Shown here piece by piece: positions 20,773 through 31,154 of a stretch of DNA of 64,000 nucleotides. Made by a program: the position numbers and the translations under genes. The stretch comes from an uncultured Candidatus Saccharibacteria bacterium (lineage in GTDB: Bacteria > Patescibacteriota > Saccharimonadia > CAILAD01 > BJGX01): the NCBI GenBank assembly GCA_964552475.1, contig CAZKFZ010000006.1, forward strand, positions 27 to 64,026, written 5' to 3'. The notes below the pieces were generated by a model. The model was not told the origin of the DNA. It saw only the letters and a list, made by a program, of their open reading frames with translations, and searched no databases. Each line of letters opens with the position of its first letter. The stretch's first letter is position 1.

Positions 20773-23532
20773 CTACTGAGTAATTTCTTGTACCCTAACA
20801 TTTGCTAGATGCACTCTTCTGGCTTCGCTATCTACACCTACCTCTGTTTGCAAAACTTGGTTTGGTATAGTTTTTTGTAATAGCAGTACGATTTCACCAT
20901 TAGGCCGACGGGCGTTTTGTAAAAACTGATACATAATTGTTTGCACCACCGGATCGCTACATATATTTTCAATTAAATGTCTATATTGCTCGTCTAGTAG
21001 TAGTCCGTTAGGAGTTGATATTGTAACTAAACCATCCTGGTCTGCGTCGAACCGTATAACTATTTCTCTTAGCGTACTTGGGAAGTAATAGTCGTGCATT
21101 GCCTCTGAAACGGCTAGCTTTAGTAGGTCTTCACGTACCGAGTTGATCGGGAACCCATCACTAATATCGCTATAGTCAAGAGATATATCTACTGCATCAT
21201 TTTGACTACTAGTCTCGATTGGTGGTGGCAGTACTACTACAGAACCTTCTGAGTCAGTGTTTCTGTCAATAAATATCTTTCTTTTTTCACTAAGATAGTC
21301 AGGATGTATATGCGAGGGGTCGTGGCTGGCGAGCTGTTTTGCAAGCTTTCTGGTAGCCGGAACAGACATCCAGAGCGGTACCCTTGATCTAATAGGGTTA
21401 CCCATTCTATCTCGACTTTGTACCGCTAAAGAATCTTTAACATAATTAGGCATCTCTGCTTCTCTGTCTTCGGCGAAGGCAATCGGGCCTATTCTATAAA
21501 TATCGGTATCTATATATCTAGAAGCCAACTCTTCTGGGTTACCGGTCTGATCATGTTCGTCTAAAACTTTTTCGGTTCTTAATTTTTGTGATGGCATTTC
21601 AATAGAATCAAATACAAATTCACCAGTATCTAATAGTCTGTCGAAAGAATCTAAGGTTTCGGTTATGGGTATGGTCATTAAAAAACTTTCTGGTTTTGAT
21701 TCTGTTACAAACTCTGGCTTACGTTTTACTAACCAAGTAACAGAGTGGTGTCCTTGAAAAGTAGTTTTTTCTAAAACTTGTAGTGAATCATATTCACATT
21801 CTTCAGAAGCATGTATATAGGCATTTTGGGTCCTTAACGCTTCTTGGAGTCTTAAATATTTCTCACTTTCTTCACTTATAATCTCTGCATTGGCCCTAGC
21901 GCATACTGTATCTAGAAAATCTTGTTCAAAACCAGCAGTAAATACTACGTGGTCTACTATTATATATTCGGTATGTTCATAATCTACTTCCTCGCCATTT
22001 GAGTTAATAAACACTCCCTCTACACCTTTTTTGGGTAGCCCAATATTTACTTTTATTTTACCGTCTGGTGTATATTGCAAACCTAGTGCGTGTCCTGCAT
22101 ATGGATTTATTCTGTGTGGATAGTTGGGGTCGTCAAATCTTGGAAAATCAGCGCCCAGCTGAGAGTAGCGGGGTCTGATTGTACTCACATACTTTTGACC
22201 GTTCTGTGCTTTCTGGCCCACCCAAGATACTTCAATCTGTGTGTCTTGTCGGGTTGTTAATCCTGTAGAACCCTCGTAACCAAGAAGCTTACCTACAGTT
22301 GTTGCACCAGAATCACCAGCACCAATTACAGCCACTGAGTGATAGCTATCAAATGGCCTTTCTCCTTTTTGAACACTTTTTATTATGTGCCTCTGAAATT
22401 GTCCCAAACTTTGTACTCTAGCATCTTGGCCTAACTGTGCCTTCTCAGCTTCTCGAGCAATGACTTTTTGAGATTCTATTTGGGCTTCTTTGGTGCCCTC
22501 AAGTTCAAATTTATCTTTGCCTAGACCGGCAGCAACAATCACTCGATCTGTCTGTAATTCATAGATTTCTCCAGTCTCAGTGTCTATCATTTCAACAATT
22601 GTAGAGCCTAGCCCACCTCCCGAGTGAGGATTTCTTCTTACACTCACCACCTCGGCACATGTCATAGTGTGTCCGGCAAGAACTTGATTTATTCGAGTGG
22701 CAGTAGCAATATTGTCTTGAAAATCATAGGTAACATTATCTAGATCGGGTTCTTGAACATCACCGAGCCCCAAACTATTCTTATTTCCACTTCCGCCAGC
22801 AACATTATCTTCTGGATTGGCGCTCTCCGGACCAGTCTTGGTATTTAAACCATGTATGTCCATGTCGGGCTGAAACTGCCCTCCAATTCTATGACTTGCC
22901 TCAATAGTAAGTGCTGGATGAGCAGCATCTTCGTGTAGACGTTCGGAATTATAAACTTGTGCTTGTGGACCAGAGCCTATTACAATTTCAGCAAAGTACC
23001 TTCTACCAGATTTAATTTGTTCTTTTATCTCGTCACTCTCTCTTTGAACTAATCTATCAATAGCCAAATTTACTAATGCTTGTCCTCTATCAGATTTAGC
23101 TATCCCAGATAAATAAGCTGTTAGGTCTCTATGGGTTTGTCCTTCTAAGTATGATCGGTCGGCGGCAAGTATTGGGTCGGCGAGCATTTTTTGCCTAAGA
23201 ACATTTCTAGCTTCTGTACGAGCACCTGTCGCCTGAGCCTCAGTCCTGCCTCTTTTAATTTCTCTTCTTACTTTGTCGCGTCTAACGTTTTCTGCAACTT
23301 CTTCCATTAACTCATAGCTACTGGCTACCGTTGCGGCCAAAGCTCGTAGTTCTGGTTCACGAAGTCTTTGGGCTTTTACTCGTCTTGCTTCTATCGCCCT
23401 AAATCTCTCTGTAGAAGTAAGTACTCTATCAGCATCCGAACCTTTCTCGTGTTTGGTTAAATCTATAAAAAGTTGTGGTTTGGGTCTTGGCTCTGAGCTG
23501 CCGTGGTGCTGGACTATTGTTGGTTCGTTCAT
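20773..23532 (-). CDS. 919-aa protein with a two-dinucleotide-binding flavoprotein-like core (FAD and NAD(P) Rossmann motifs) flanked by long unique extensions
   Basis: IVIGSGPQA (GxGxxA) and VAVIGAGDSG (GxGxxG) plus a later VFTAGFEQD element. An Arg-rich N-terminal ~180 aa and a ~350-aa C-terminal region have no recognised motif. Confidence 0.4.
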   Translation of the reverse strand: MNEPTIVQHHGSSEPRPKPQLFIDLTKHEKGSDADRVLTSTERFRAIEARRVKAQRLREPELRALAATVASSYELMEEVAENVRRDKVRREIKRGRTEAQATGARTEARNVLRQKMLADPILAADRSYLEGQTHRDLTAYLSGIAKSDRGQALVNLAIDRLVQRESDEIKEQIKSGRRYFAEIVIGSGPQAQVYNSERLHEDAAHPALTIEASHRIGGQFQPDMDIHGLNTKTGPESANPEDNVAGGSGNKNSLGLGDVQEPDLDNVTYDFQDNIATATRINQVLAGHTMTCAEVVSVRRNPHSGGGLGSTIVEMIDTETGEIYELQTDRVIVAAGLGKDKFELEGTKEAQIESQKVIAREAEKAQLGQDARVQSLGQFQRHIIKSVQKGERPFDSYHSVAVIGAGDSGATTVGKLLGYEGSTGLTTRQDTQIEVSWVGQKAQNGQKYVSTIRPRYSQLGADFPRFDDPNYPHRINPYAGHALGLQYTPDGKIKVNIGLPKKGVEGVFINSNGEEVDYEHTEYIIVDHVVFTAGFEQDFLDTVCARANAEIISEESEKYLRLQEALRTQNAYIHASEECEYDSLQVLEKTTFQGHHSVTWLVKRKPEFVTESKPESFLMTIPITETLDSFDRLLDTGEFVFDSIEMPSQKLRTEKVLDEHDQTGNPEELASRYIDTDIYRIGPIAFAEDREAEMPNYVKDSLAVQSRDRMGNPIRSRVPLWMSVPATRKLAKQLASHDPSHIHPDYLSEKRKIFIDRNTDSEGSVVVLPPPIETSSQNDAVDISLDYSDISDGFPINSVREDLLKLAVSEAMHDYYFPSTLREIVIRFDADQDGLVTISTPNGLLLDEQYRHLIENICSDPVVQTIMYQFLQNARRPNGEIVLLLQKTIPNQVLQTEVGVDSEARRVHLANVRVQEITQ

Positions 23533-23595
23533 ACTTAATACTAATTATGTTTATACTTATATTGTACAATCATTTTCAAACTAACAACACAATAA

Positions 23596-25377
23596 CTAAT
23601 CTTTTTTAAGCATAACCATAAAAGCTTCTGGTGGTATATCTACCTTGCCTATTTTTTTGAGTCGCTTTTTACCTTTTTTTTGCTTATCGAGTAGTTTGTT
23701 CTTACGGCTCACATCACCACCGTATAATTTAGCCGTAACGTTTTTGCCCATAGCTTTTATGTCTTCCCGAGCAATTATCTTGCCCCCAATAGCCGCCTGC
23801 AAGCTCACCTCGAATTGTTGACGAGGAATAACATCTTTGAGCTTTTCTACTATTTTCTTACCCAAGCTCTGTGCTTCATTGCGATGAGTAATAAGACTTA
23901 GTGAATCTACCATCTCACCACCTACTAATATATCTACGCGCACCAAGTTTTCTACTCTGTAATCAGAAAAGTCGTAGTTAAAAGAGCCATACCCAGCCGT
24001 AATACTCTTAAGGTCGTCGTAAAAATCTGTCAACACATTGCTAAGTGGCGCCTCAAATTCTACCAACGCCAAAGCCGAATCTATATAACTAAGGTTCTTT
24101 TGAATACCCCGAACGCCATTTACAAGCTGTATTACCGAGCCAAGATATTCACTAGGTACAATGATTTCACCTTTTATCCACGGCTCGGCAATCGATTCTA
24201 TTCGGCCAGCATCGGGTAGATCGGCGGCACTTTTTACTTCTAGATTTTGGCCAGAAGTGGTTTTTACTTGGTAGTCTACACTGGGGTTTGTAATAACCAT
24301 GCTAAGACTAAATTCACGCTCTAAGCGCTCTTTAATAATTTCTAGGTGCAAAAGGCCTAAGAAGCCTAACCTATAACCAAAGCCTAATACTTGTGAATTT
24401 TCTGGTTCATATTTAAGTGCAGCGTCATTAAGAGTGAGCTTAGAGAGGGCGTCTTTAAGCGCTGGATAATCTTCGCCACTACTAGGGAAAAACCCAGCAT
24501 AAACGAATGGCTTAACTACTTTGTAGCCAGGTAGTTGCTCGGTAGCTTGAGCATTATCAAGCGTAACTGTATCACCTACGTTAGCGTCGGCAATAGATTT
24601 TAAATTTGTTACACAATAACCAATTTCACCACAACTAATCTTTGGGCTAGACTGCATAGTGGGCACAAACAAGCCGGTATCTATTGCCAATGTTTTTTTA
24701 CCGGCCGCCATTAACCACAGTTGGTCACTCTTACTTATCTCGCCATCTACTATTCTAAGATATAAAATAACTCCACGATACTCGTCATAAACAGAGTCAA
24801 ATATTAAAGCCCTGGTAGGTTTAGACTTATCACCATTTGGTGATGGAACCTCATTCACAATTTTGTCTAACAACAACTCTATGTTGGTACCATCTTTAGC
24901 AGAAATCTTTAATATTTCGTCAGGCTTACATCCAAGTAGTGAACTAATTTCAGCAGCAACTTTGTCTGGCTCGGCGGCTGGTAGATCAATTTTGTTAAGT
25001 ACCGGAATAATCTTGAGATTAGCCTCGAGCGCCAAGTATACATTGGCTAGGGTTTGGGCTTGAATACCTTGGGCGGCATCGACCACCAATATTGCTCCTT
25101 CACAGGCAGCTAGGCTACGACTTACCTCGTAACTAAAGTCTACATGGCCCGGCGTATCTATTAAATTAAGTTGGTGGTCTTTCCAGTTCATGCGTACTGG
25201 CTGAAGCTTAATAGTAATACCCTTTTCTCGTTCTAGATCCATTGAGTCGAGTAGCTGGGCTTTCATTTCGCGTTTTTGCACCGTCCCAGTTAACTCAAGC
25301 ATTCTATCGGCCAGCGTACTTTTACCATGGTCTATGTGGGCAATAATTGAGAAGTTCCGAATGTTTGACTGGTTCAT
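23596..25377 (-). CDS. lepA: elongation factor 4 (LepA) GTPase
   Basis: NFSIIAHIDHGKSTL G1 motif and DTPGHVDF, with characteristic LepA length. Confidence 0.9.
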   Translation of the reverse strand: MNQSNIRNFSIIAHIDHGKSTLADRMLELTGTVQKREMKAQLLDSMDLEREKGITIKLQPVRMNWKDHQLNLIDTPGHVDFSYEVSRSLAACEGAILVVDAAQGIQAQTLANVYLALEANLKIIPVLNKIDLPAAEPDKVAAEISSLLGCKPDEILKISAKDGTNIELLLDKIVNEVPSPNGDKSKPTRALIFDSVYDEYRGVILYLRIVDGEISKSDQLWLMAAGKKTLAIDTGLFVPTMQSSPKISCGEIGYCVTNLKSIADANVGDTVTLDNAQATEQLPGYKVVKPFVYAGFFPSSGEDYPALKDALSKLTLNDAALKYEPENSQVLGFGYRLGFLGLLHLEIIKERLEREFSLSMVITNPSVDYQVKTTSGQNLEVKSAADLPDAGRIESIAEPWIKGEIIVPSEYLGSVIQLVNGVRGIQKNLSYIDSALALVEFEAPLSNVLTDFYDDLKSITAGYGSFNYDFSDYRVENLVRVDILVGGEMVDSLSLITHRNEAQSLGKKIVEKLKDVIPRQQFEVSLQAAIGGKIIAREDIKAMGKNVTAKLYGGDVSRKNKLLDKQKKGKKRLKKIGKVDIPPEAFMVMLKKD

Positions 25378-26963
25378 CTGCTAATTCTTTTTAGAATTTT
25401 TATTGGATGCATAATTTTAGCCAAGATCTTATCGGTCTCATGTACTTTTAATATTTTAGCGCAGACAAAGAATATCATTATGCCGCTTATTGAGATTGCT
25501 GCAAATTTGGGTGCAATAGTGAGAAACCCTACGTCACTAGCATATAGTGGGAATACTTTTGTAATTAACACATATATCCATAACGACATCACGCTACTGG
25601 CAATTGTTAGTTTAACACCAGATTTAATAATCGACTTATAGCCGTAGTTACCAATTTTTCTAGTTAGTAGTATCATTAGTAAGATTAATTCATAAAAGGT
25701 AGAGATGGTGAGCGCCAGCCCTAGTCCTGATACTCCGTAGCGGGACGAAAATATAATACTAAGAATAATATTAATAATAATTGAGCTCAAGCTAGTGAGT
25801 AGGGGTGTAAGAGTGTCTTCGAGTGAATAATAAACTCTGGCAATCATAAAAAACAGACTTGTAGCTATTATTGACCCGGCCAACCAACCTAGAGTATCTG
25901 ATGTTGCTTGATCACCAAAACCAAAAAGCAATCTCACAATGTAACCACGCATAACTATCGCAATAGCTGCTGAAGGAATTACAAAAAACATGATAAGACA
26001 CATATCGCGAACTATAGCCGATGCCAACCTAGCTCTGTCTTTAGATTTGGCAGCACGAATAAGGCTTGGGAACACAGCTGTAGAAATTGCCATGCCAAAT
26101 ATACCCAATGGCACATTCTTAAGATTATTGGCGTAATAATAAGATGTAAGGCTACCTACGGCTAGCTTAGAGCTTATTGCAGTTTGAATAATCCAATTAA
26201 ACTGATCAATAGCCAAGTCAATTGAGCGTGGTATCATCAGCTTGATAGTTCTAAGTACACCCGGATGAAATAAATTAAAACTAAGCCGATATTTAAAATG
26301 TAATCCAATTATTCCAAAAAATTGTAAAGCGAGTTGTAATGCCGCCCCAAGCGCTACTCCCCAGGCCACCCCGTAGATAGGCTGATTAGGGAAAAACTTG
26401 CTCAAAAATACTATACCTATAATAATACCAACGTTATACATAACGCTGGCCATAGCAAATAGCGTAAATCTATTAAAAGCTTGTTGAATAGCACCTAGTA
26501 CACTAGAAATCGAAAAAAGAAACGGTGTTACTAGCATTATTCTAGTAATATTTACTGTTAGGTTATAGCGCTCGGCATCGAAGCCAGGTGCCAATAGCTT
26601 AACTAACTGTGGCGCAAATATAAATGCAAGTGTACAAAGCGCAATGGTTACTACAGAAAAAATATTTAGTAACGAACTAGCTACATGCCAGGCTTCGTCG
26701 GTTTTTTTATCTTCTATATACCCAATAAAAACTGGTATAAATGATACAGCAAATGCGCCAGATACTAGTATTGTAAAAAGTAGGTCTGGTATTCGAAAGG
26801 CGGCGGTGTAGGCATCGGTACTAGCCGACACACCAAAGTTACTAGCTAGCAACCTGTCTCGCACTAAGCCAAGCAATCTACTTAAAAAATAACTGAGCGA
26901 AATTAAAAACGCCGCTACTGAAAGCGCCCGAGATTTGTTTAGTCTTTTTAAAATATTTTTCAC
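25374..26963 (-). CDS. murJ: lipid II flippase MurJ (MviN)
   Basis: ~14-TM 529-aa protein with a MurJ-like N-terminus (LLGLVRDRLLASNFG). Its stop overlaps the lepA start by 4 nt. Confidence 0.75.
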   Translation of the reverse strand: MKNILKRLNKSRALSVAAFLISLSYFLSRLLGLVRDRLLASNFGVSASTDAYTAAFRIPDLLFTILVSGAFAVSFIPVFIGYIEDKKTDEAWHVASSLLNIFSVVTIALCTLAFIFAPQLVKLLAPGFDAERYNLTVNITRIMLVTPFLFSISSVLGAIQQAFNRFTLFAMASVMYNVGIIIGIVFLSKFFPNQPIYGVAWGVALGAALQLALQFFGIIGLHFKYRLSFNLFHPGVLRTIKLMIPRSIDLAIDQFNWIIQTAISSKLAVGSLTSYYYANNLKNVPLGIFGMAISTAVFPSLIRAAKSKDRARLASAIVRDMCLIMFFVIPSAAIAIVMRGYIVRLLFGFGDQATSDTLGWLAGSIIATSLFFMIARVYYSLEDTLTPLLTSLSSIIINIILSIIFSSRYGVSGLGLALTISTFYELILLMILLTRKIGNYGYKSIIKSGVKLTIASSVMSLWIYVLITKVFPLYASDVGFLTIAPKFAAISISGIMIFFVCAKILKVHETDKILAKIMHPIKILKRISR

Positions 26964-27015
26964 TAGCTAATATTATAACAGCCTAACCTGTAAATCAAAA
27001 TAAAAAAGCCCTAGT

Positions 27016-27405
27016 TTATCTAGGGCTTGAATTGCTTTTTTTGTTTTGTTCTTCAATTTTACTAATGTATTTGTGTGCTCGGAACAATGCAAAACCAGAA
27101 GAAACATAAACTGCAGATATAATAAAAAACAAAAATAGGTTAAATTTTACACCTTCGACTGGTCCTGTAATAAGATAGTACGCTGCAAGTGTAGCTATAA
27201 TTGCAAATGATACATATAGGCCACAGATTCTCTCATAGGTTTTTGCTGTTGTGTCTTTTAGAGTTATTACGCCCCACAAAAAAAGGCCTAAGAATGCAAC
27301 GTTAACTATAATAGTACCAACTAACTCGGGCACAATAAGGCCGAAGAAGACAATAAAACAAATTCCACTGTTCGATGCCAATACTACCTTATCTCTAGCT
27401 CTCAC
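27016..27405 (-). CDS. small 4-TM membrane protein
   Basis: 129-aa hydrophobic ORF. Confidence 0.3.
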   Translation of the reverse strand: MRARDKVVLASNSGICFIVFFGLIVPELVGTIIVNVAFLGLFLWGVITLKDTTAKTYERICGLYVSFAIIATLAAYYLITGPVEGVKFNLFLFFIISAVYVSSGFALFRAHKYISKIEEQNKKSNSSPR

Positions 27406-27470
27406 CTCAGATCCCCATTTCTAGAGTGGTCAAAAGAGATTGTAAACTATAAAAACCTATTATTCAATTG

Positions 27471-29315
27471 TTAGTTTTCTGATATAGCAGTCTTGGTATC
27501 TTTTTTAGGGGCCGTTTTATCGATTCTACTAAAAAGTTTAGTAAATTCTGGACCTTCTAATGTTTCTTTTTCTATTAAGGTCTTAGCGATAAGATCGAGC
27601 ATTTTACGATTTTTGGTAATTGTAGTTCTAGCAACTTTGCTAGCTTCGGCAATTAGTTTTTGTACCTCAGAGTCAATTTTAGCAGCAACTTCCTCTGAAT
27701 AATTTTTGTGCTCACCCATTGTTTTGCCTAAAAATACTGAACCTTCGCTATCACCAAAAACTTGGTTTGATAAACTTGGGCTCATACCATACTCCATTAC
27801 CATGCGCCTTGCTAAGTCATTAGCATGTTTAAGATCGCTACTGGCACCAGTAGTGATGTCACCAAAAACTAGCTCTTCTGCAGTACGACCACCAAGACTC
27901 ATAGCTATATCGTCTTTAAAATCAGCTACTGAATGCAGGTGCTTGTCTTCTTCTGGCAGACTCCAAGTAACGCCACCCGCCATACCACGAGACACAATAG
28001 ATACTTTGTGTACAGGGTTACAATGTGGCAATAAGTGTGAGAGCAGTGCATGGCCAGCCTCGTGGTAAGCAGTAATCTCTTTTTCTTTTTCGTTTAAAAC
28101 ATGACTTTTACGTTCTGGTCCTAGCGCAATCTTTTCTACTGCTTCATGAAAATCACCCTGGGTAATCTTTTTACGATTTTGGCGTGCGGCGAATATTGCA
28201 GCCTCGTTGGCAATATTCGCTAGATCGGCACCAGACACTCCGGGTGTCTTCTTGGCAATTTCACCCAGCTTAACATCTTTTTCTAATGGTTTGTTCTTAG
28301 AATGTACTTCTAGTATTTCTTCTCTAGCTTTCATATCTGGGCTATCTAGAGTAATGCGTCTATCAAACCTTCCTGGTCGCAACAGCGCAGGGTCTAATAC
28401 GTCCGGTCGGTTAGTAGCGGCCATTACTATTACATTGGTGCCTTGCTCAAAACCATCCATTTCTGTAAGTATTTGGTTGAGGGTTTGCTCACGTTCATCG
28501 TGACCACCACCTAGGCCTGTCCCACGTTGACGACCAACAGCATCAATTTCGTCAATAAAAATTATACAAGGTGAATTCTTCTTTGCCTTACTAAATAAGT
28601 CTCTTACCCTACTTGCACCAACACCCACAAACATTTCTACAAATTCTGAGCCCGATATTGAGAAAAACGGCACATCTGCCTCGCCAGCAACTGCTCGCGC
28701 TAGCAAAGTCTTACCGGTACCCGGGGCGCCAAACATCAATACACCTTTTGGAATTTTTGCACCTAAAGCTTCAAACTTAGACGGAAATTTAAGAAACTCT
28801 ACTACCTCTTGCAGTTCTGTTTTGGCTTCAATTGCACCGGCTACATCAGAAAACTTCACCTTTTCTTTTTCTAAACCAAACACTCTTGCCTTGCTTTTTC
28901 CAAAGCTCATAGCTTGGTTGTTGCTACCTTGTGCTTGGCGCATTATAAAGTAGAAAAAGCCAATAATAATTACAATAGGCAAAATTCCTAACAATATATC
29001 AAACCACTTACTAGAACCATCGTCTGGGTTTTTTACATCAACTACTACCTTAGAATAGTCTAGCCCGTAGTCTTTTAGGCTACTTGTGCGTTCCTTGTAG
29101 CCAACTTCTTTACCACCATCTTTTAGAAAAACGGTAATTTGGTCGTTAACAACTTCAATTTTGTCTACTTGTCCTTGCGAAGTTTGTTCAATTATTTTGC
29201 TAAGACTCACTTGAGCAGGTTTTTGTTCGTTGTAGTTGGCGAACACCAAAAGACCAGCCAGCACAAGAACGCCAACCGCTACATATATAAATTGTTTGGG
29301 AATCTTTTTAAACAT
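27471..29315 (-). CDS. ftsH: ATP-dependent zinc metalloprotease FtsH
   Basis: Walker [12 protein letters not shown] region, HEAGHA zinc motif, and an N-terminal TM pair. Confidence 0.9.
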   Translation of the reverse strand: MFKKIPKQFIYVAVGVLVLAGLLVFANYNEQKPAQVSLSKIIEQTSQGQVDKIEVVNDQITVFLKDGGKEVGYKERTSSLKDYGLDYSKVVVDVKNPDDGSSKWFDILLGILPIVIIIGFFYFIMRQAQGSNNQAMSFGKSKARVFGLEKEKVKFSDVAGAIEAKTELQEVVEFLKFPSKFEALGAKIPKGVLMFGAPGTGKTLLARAVAGEADVPFFSISGSEFVEMFVGVGASRVRDLFSKAKKNSPCIIFIDEIDAVGRQRGTGLGGGHDEREQTLNQILTEMDGFEQGTNVIVMAATNRPDVLDPALLRPGRFDRRITLDSPDMKAREEILEVHSKNKPLEKDVKLGEIAKKTPGVSGADLANIANEAAIFAARQNRKKITQGDFHEAVEKIALGPERKSHVLNEKEKEITAYHEAGHALLSHLLPHCNPVHKVSIVSRGMAGGVTWSLPEEDKHLHSVADFKDDIAMSLGGRTAEELVFGDITTGASSDLKHANDLARRMVMEYGMSPSLSNQVFGDSEGSVFLGKTMGEHKNYSEEVAAKIDSEVQKLIAEASKVARTTITKNRKMLDLIAKTLIEKETLEGPEFTKLFSRIDKTAPKKDTKTAISEN

Positions 29316-29318
29316 ATA

Positions 29319-30656
29319 CTATTTAAGCACCTCGAAATTTACTCGAATATTATTTTCACTTAAGGGGTCTGCCACCGCTCGCCTATCTACAACTAGATTA
29401 GGTAGCCACACAATCTCATTATTTCTGTTAATTAGCACCGGCCAAATATCTCGCTTATCACGCGGTACTTTTTTATCTACAAAAACATCCTGCAATTTTT
29501 TACTTCCAGACATACCAACTGGATAAATTCTATCACCTTCTTGGCGATGTCTTACCATCAATCTTTGTTTGGCAACAACAATATTGTCTACGTTATTATT
29601 ATTAAAAGATTGGGGTTGAATTGTAACTCTAAACGTTTCATTTTCAAATGGCGACTGAGGTGTAAGAATGTGTGTAGACCTATCGCTATACCTTGCTGTG
29701 TTATCTGATTGACAGGTGACTTTTAGATTATCATAACCTATAGCCAGGTGCAAGCCATTTTTAAAGTGTTGGCTAGCACCGCTACGACCTTCTAGTAAAA
29801 ATTTTTCAGCCTGAGCAATATTGCTTTTGCTTAAATTTACGCCTGGCTTAATTTGTCGTACAACATACACTAGTAAGCTGGTGGCAATTTGTGGTGGCAA
29901 CTCTCTAAACTCTTTTTTGTCTATTAGAATAGTTTTTTCAGATCTTTCAGATTGAATCCTACCTAGTAGATCTTCTAGTTGATAATCTATTTGTTGATTG
30001 AGACGGCTTAGCTTGTGCAGACTTTGGGTAAAAGAATGGTGAAAATTGCGATACAACATACTGCCCTGGGGTACCAGTACATGGCGTACAAAATTTCGAC
30101 TAAAGCCAATATCTACATTGGTACTGTCTTCGTTGTATGGTAGTTTTTGTAACTGTGCGTAGGTAATAAGTTCGGCTTTATGAAATGGCAGTAGCGGCCT
30201 TACTAACACGCCACGGCGGGCTCGCATAGCTGTAATACCATGTCTGTCTGATCCTCTAATGGTGTTAAATATAGCTGTCTCAATGGCGTCGTCGGCATGA
30301 TGAGCGGTAACTATGTTGTCAAAGTTGATATCTTGTCGCAAGCTTTCTAGGTAATTGTAGCGAGCTTTGCGCAATTCTGCCTCACTCGTTTTTTTACCGC
30401 TGTATTTTTCTAGGTTAAACCTCATACCATACTTTTCGGCCAATTGTGCAGTTAGTTCGGCATCTTTATAGCTGTCTGGGCGAATTTTATGATCAAAGTG
30501 AGCTACTATAAATTGCCAGTTGTAAAATTGCTTGAGTTCAGCCAATAGGTGTAAGAGTGTCACAGAGTCTACCCCACCACTAACAGCCACCACTAGCTTA
30601 GATTGCGGGGGCAGCAAATCGGTGTTTTGAATATGGTTTTGAAACTTAGTTAGCAT
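29319..30656 (-). CDS. tilS: tRNA(Ile)-lysidine synthetase
   Basis: PP-loop VVAVSGGVDSVTLLHLL. Conserved position immediately upstream of ftsH. Confidence 0.8.
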   Translation of the reverse strand: MLTKFQNHIQNTDLLPPQSKLVVAVSGGVDSVTLLHLLAELKQFYNWQFIVAHFDHKIRPDSYKDAELTAQLAEKYGMRFNLEKYSGKKTSEAELRKARYNYLESLRQDINFDNIVTAHHADDAIETAIFNTIRGSDRHGITAMRARRGVLVRPLLPFHKAELITYAQLQKLPYNEDSTNVDIGFSRNFVRHVLVPQGSMLYRNFHHSFTQSLHKLSRLNQQIDYQLEDLLGRIQSERSEKTILIDKKEFRELPPQIATSLLVYVVRQIKPGVNLSKSNIAQAEKFLLEGRSGASQHFKNGLHLAIGYDNLKVTCQSDNTARYSDRSTHILTPQSPFENETFRVTIQPQSFNNNNVDNIVVAKQRLMVRHRQEGDRIYPVGMSGSKKLQDVFVDKKVPRDKRDIWPVLINRNNEIVWLPNLVVDRRAVADPLSENNIRVNFEVLK

Positions 30657-30736
30657 CTATACTTATTATACAAGAAAACAGCTTAGCTTGCTCTTGTGGT
30701 AAATAAAAAAGCCAGCACAATATGCTGGATTATCTA

Positions 30737-30813
30737 TGGTGGCTGCGGTAGGAATTGAACCTACGACCTCGGGCTTATGAGTCCCGCGCTCTAACCAACT
30801 GAGCTACGCAGCC
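30737..30813 (-). tRNA. tRNA-Met (anticodon CAU), elongator type
   Basis: Cloverleaf read on the minus strand: acceptor GGCTGCG/CGCAGCC, anticodon loop CTCATAA, CCA encoded. G1-C72 is paired and Y11:R24 is present. Acceptor and D-arm are near-identical to E. coli elongator tRNA-Met. Confidence 0.8.
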
Positions 30814-30953
30814 GCACTTACCTTTATTGGCTAATACATTTGGTTTTCTAAGCTGTTATTTTTGCACAAAAAACTAAAATATTCAACCTAAGACACTTGA
30901 TATACTAATCATAAGCGTTTAGTATAGTAAATATTGAATTAAAGGAAATATCA

Positions 30954-31115
30954 ATGCCAGCCAAGAAAACTACAAAAAAATCTACCCCTCTTGCCCGTAA
31001 ACAAAAATCTTTTGTCGACCCTGTAATAGTTGTAACTATTGCTTGTATTGTAATGGGTGGTCTCATATTTGTACTCTATGCAAGTGCTGCTACTGTCAAC
31101 ACACTTGCTCACTAA
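30954..31115 (+). CDS. unannotated 53-aa small membrane protein (K-rich N-terminus plus one TM helix)
   Basis: ATG preceded by AAAGGAAA 6 nt upstream. Encodes MPAKKTTKKSTPLARKQKSFVDPVIVVTIACIVMGGLIFVLYASAATVNTLAH. Below the ORF-track length cut-off. Confidence 0.35.
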   Translation: MPAKKTTKKSTPLARKQKSFVDPVIVVTIACIVMGGLIFVLYASAATVNTLAH

Positions 31116-31154
31116 AATTCTAGAATACTTTAGCACTCCTGCTATACTGTCTTA

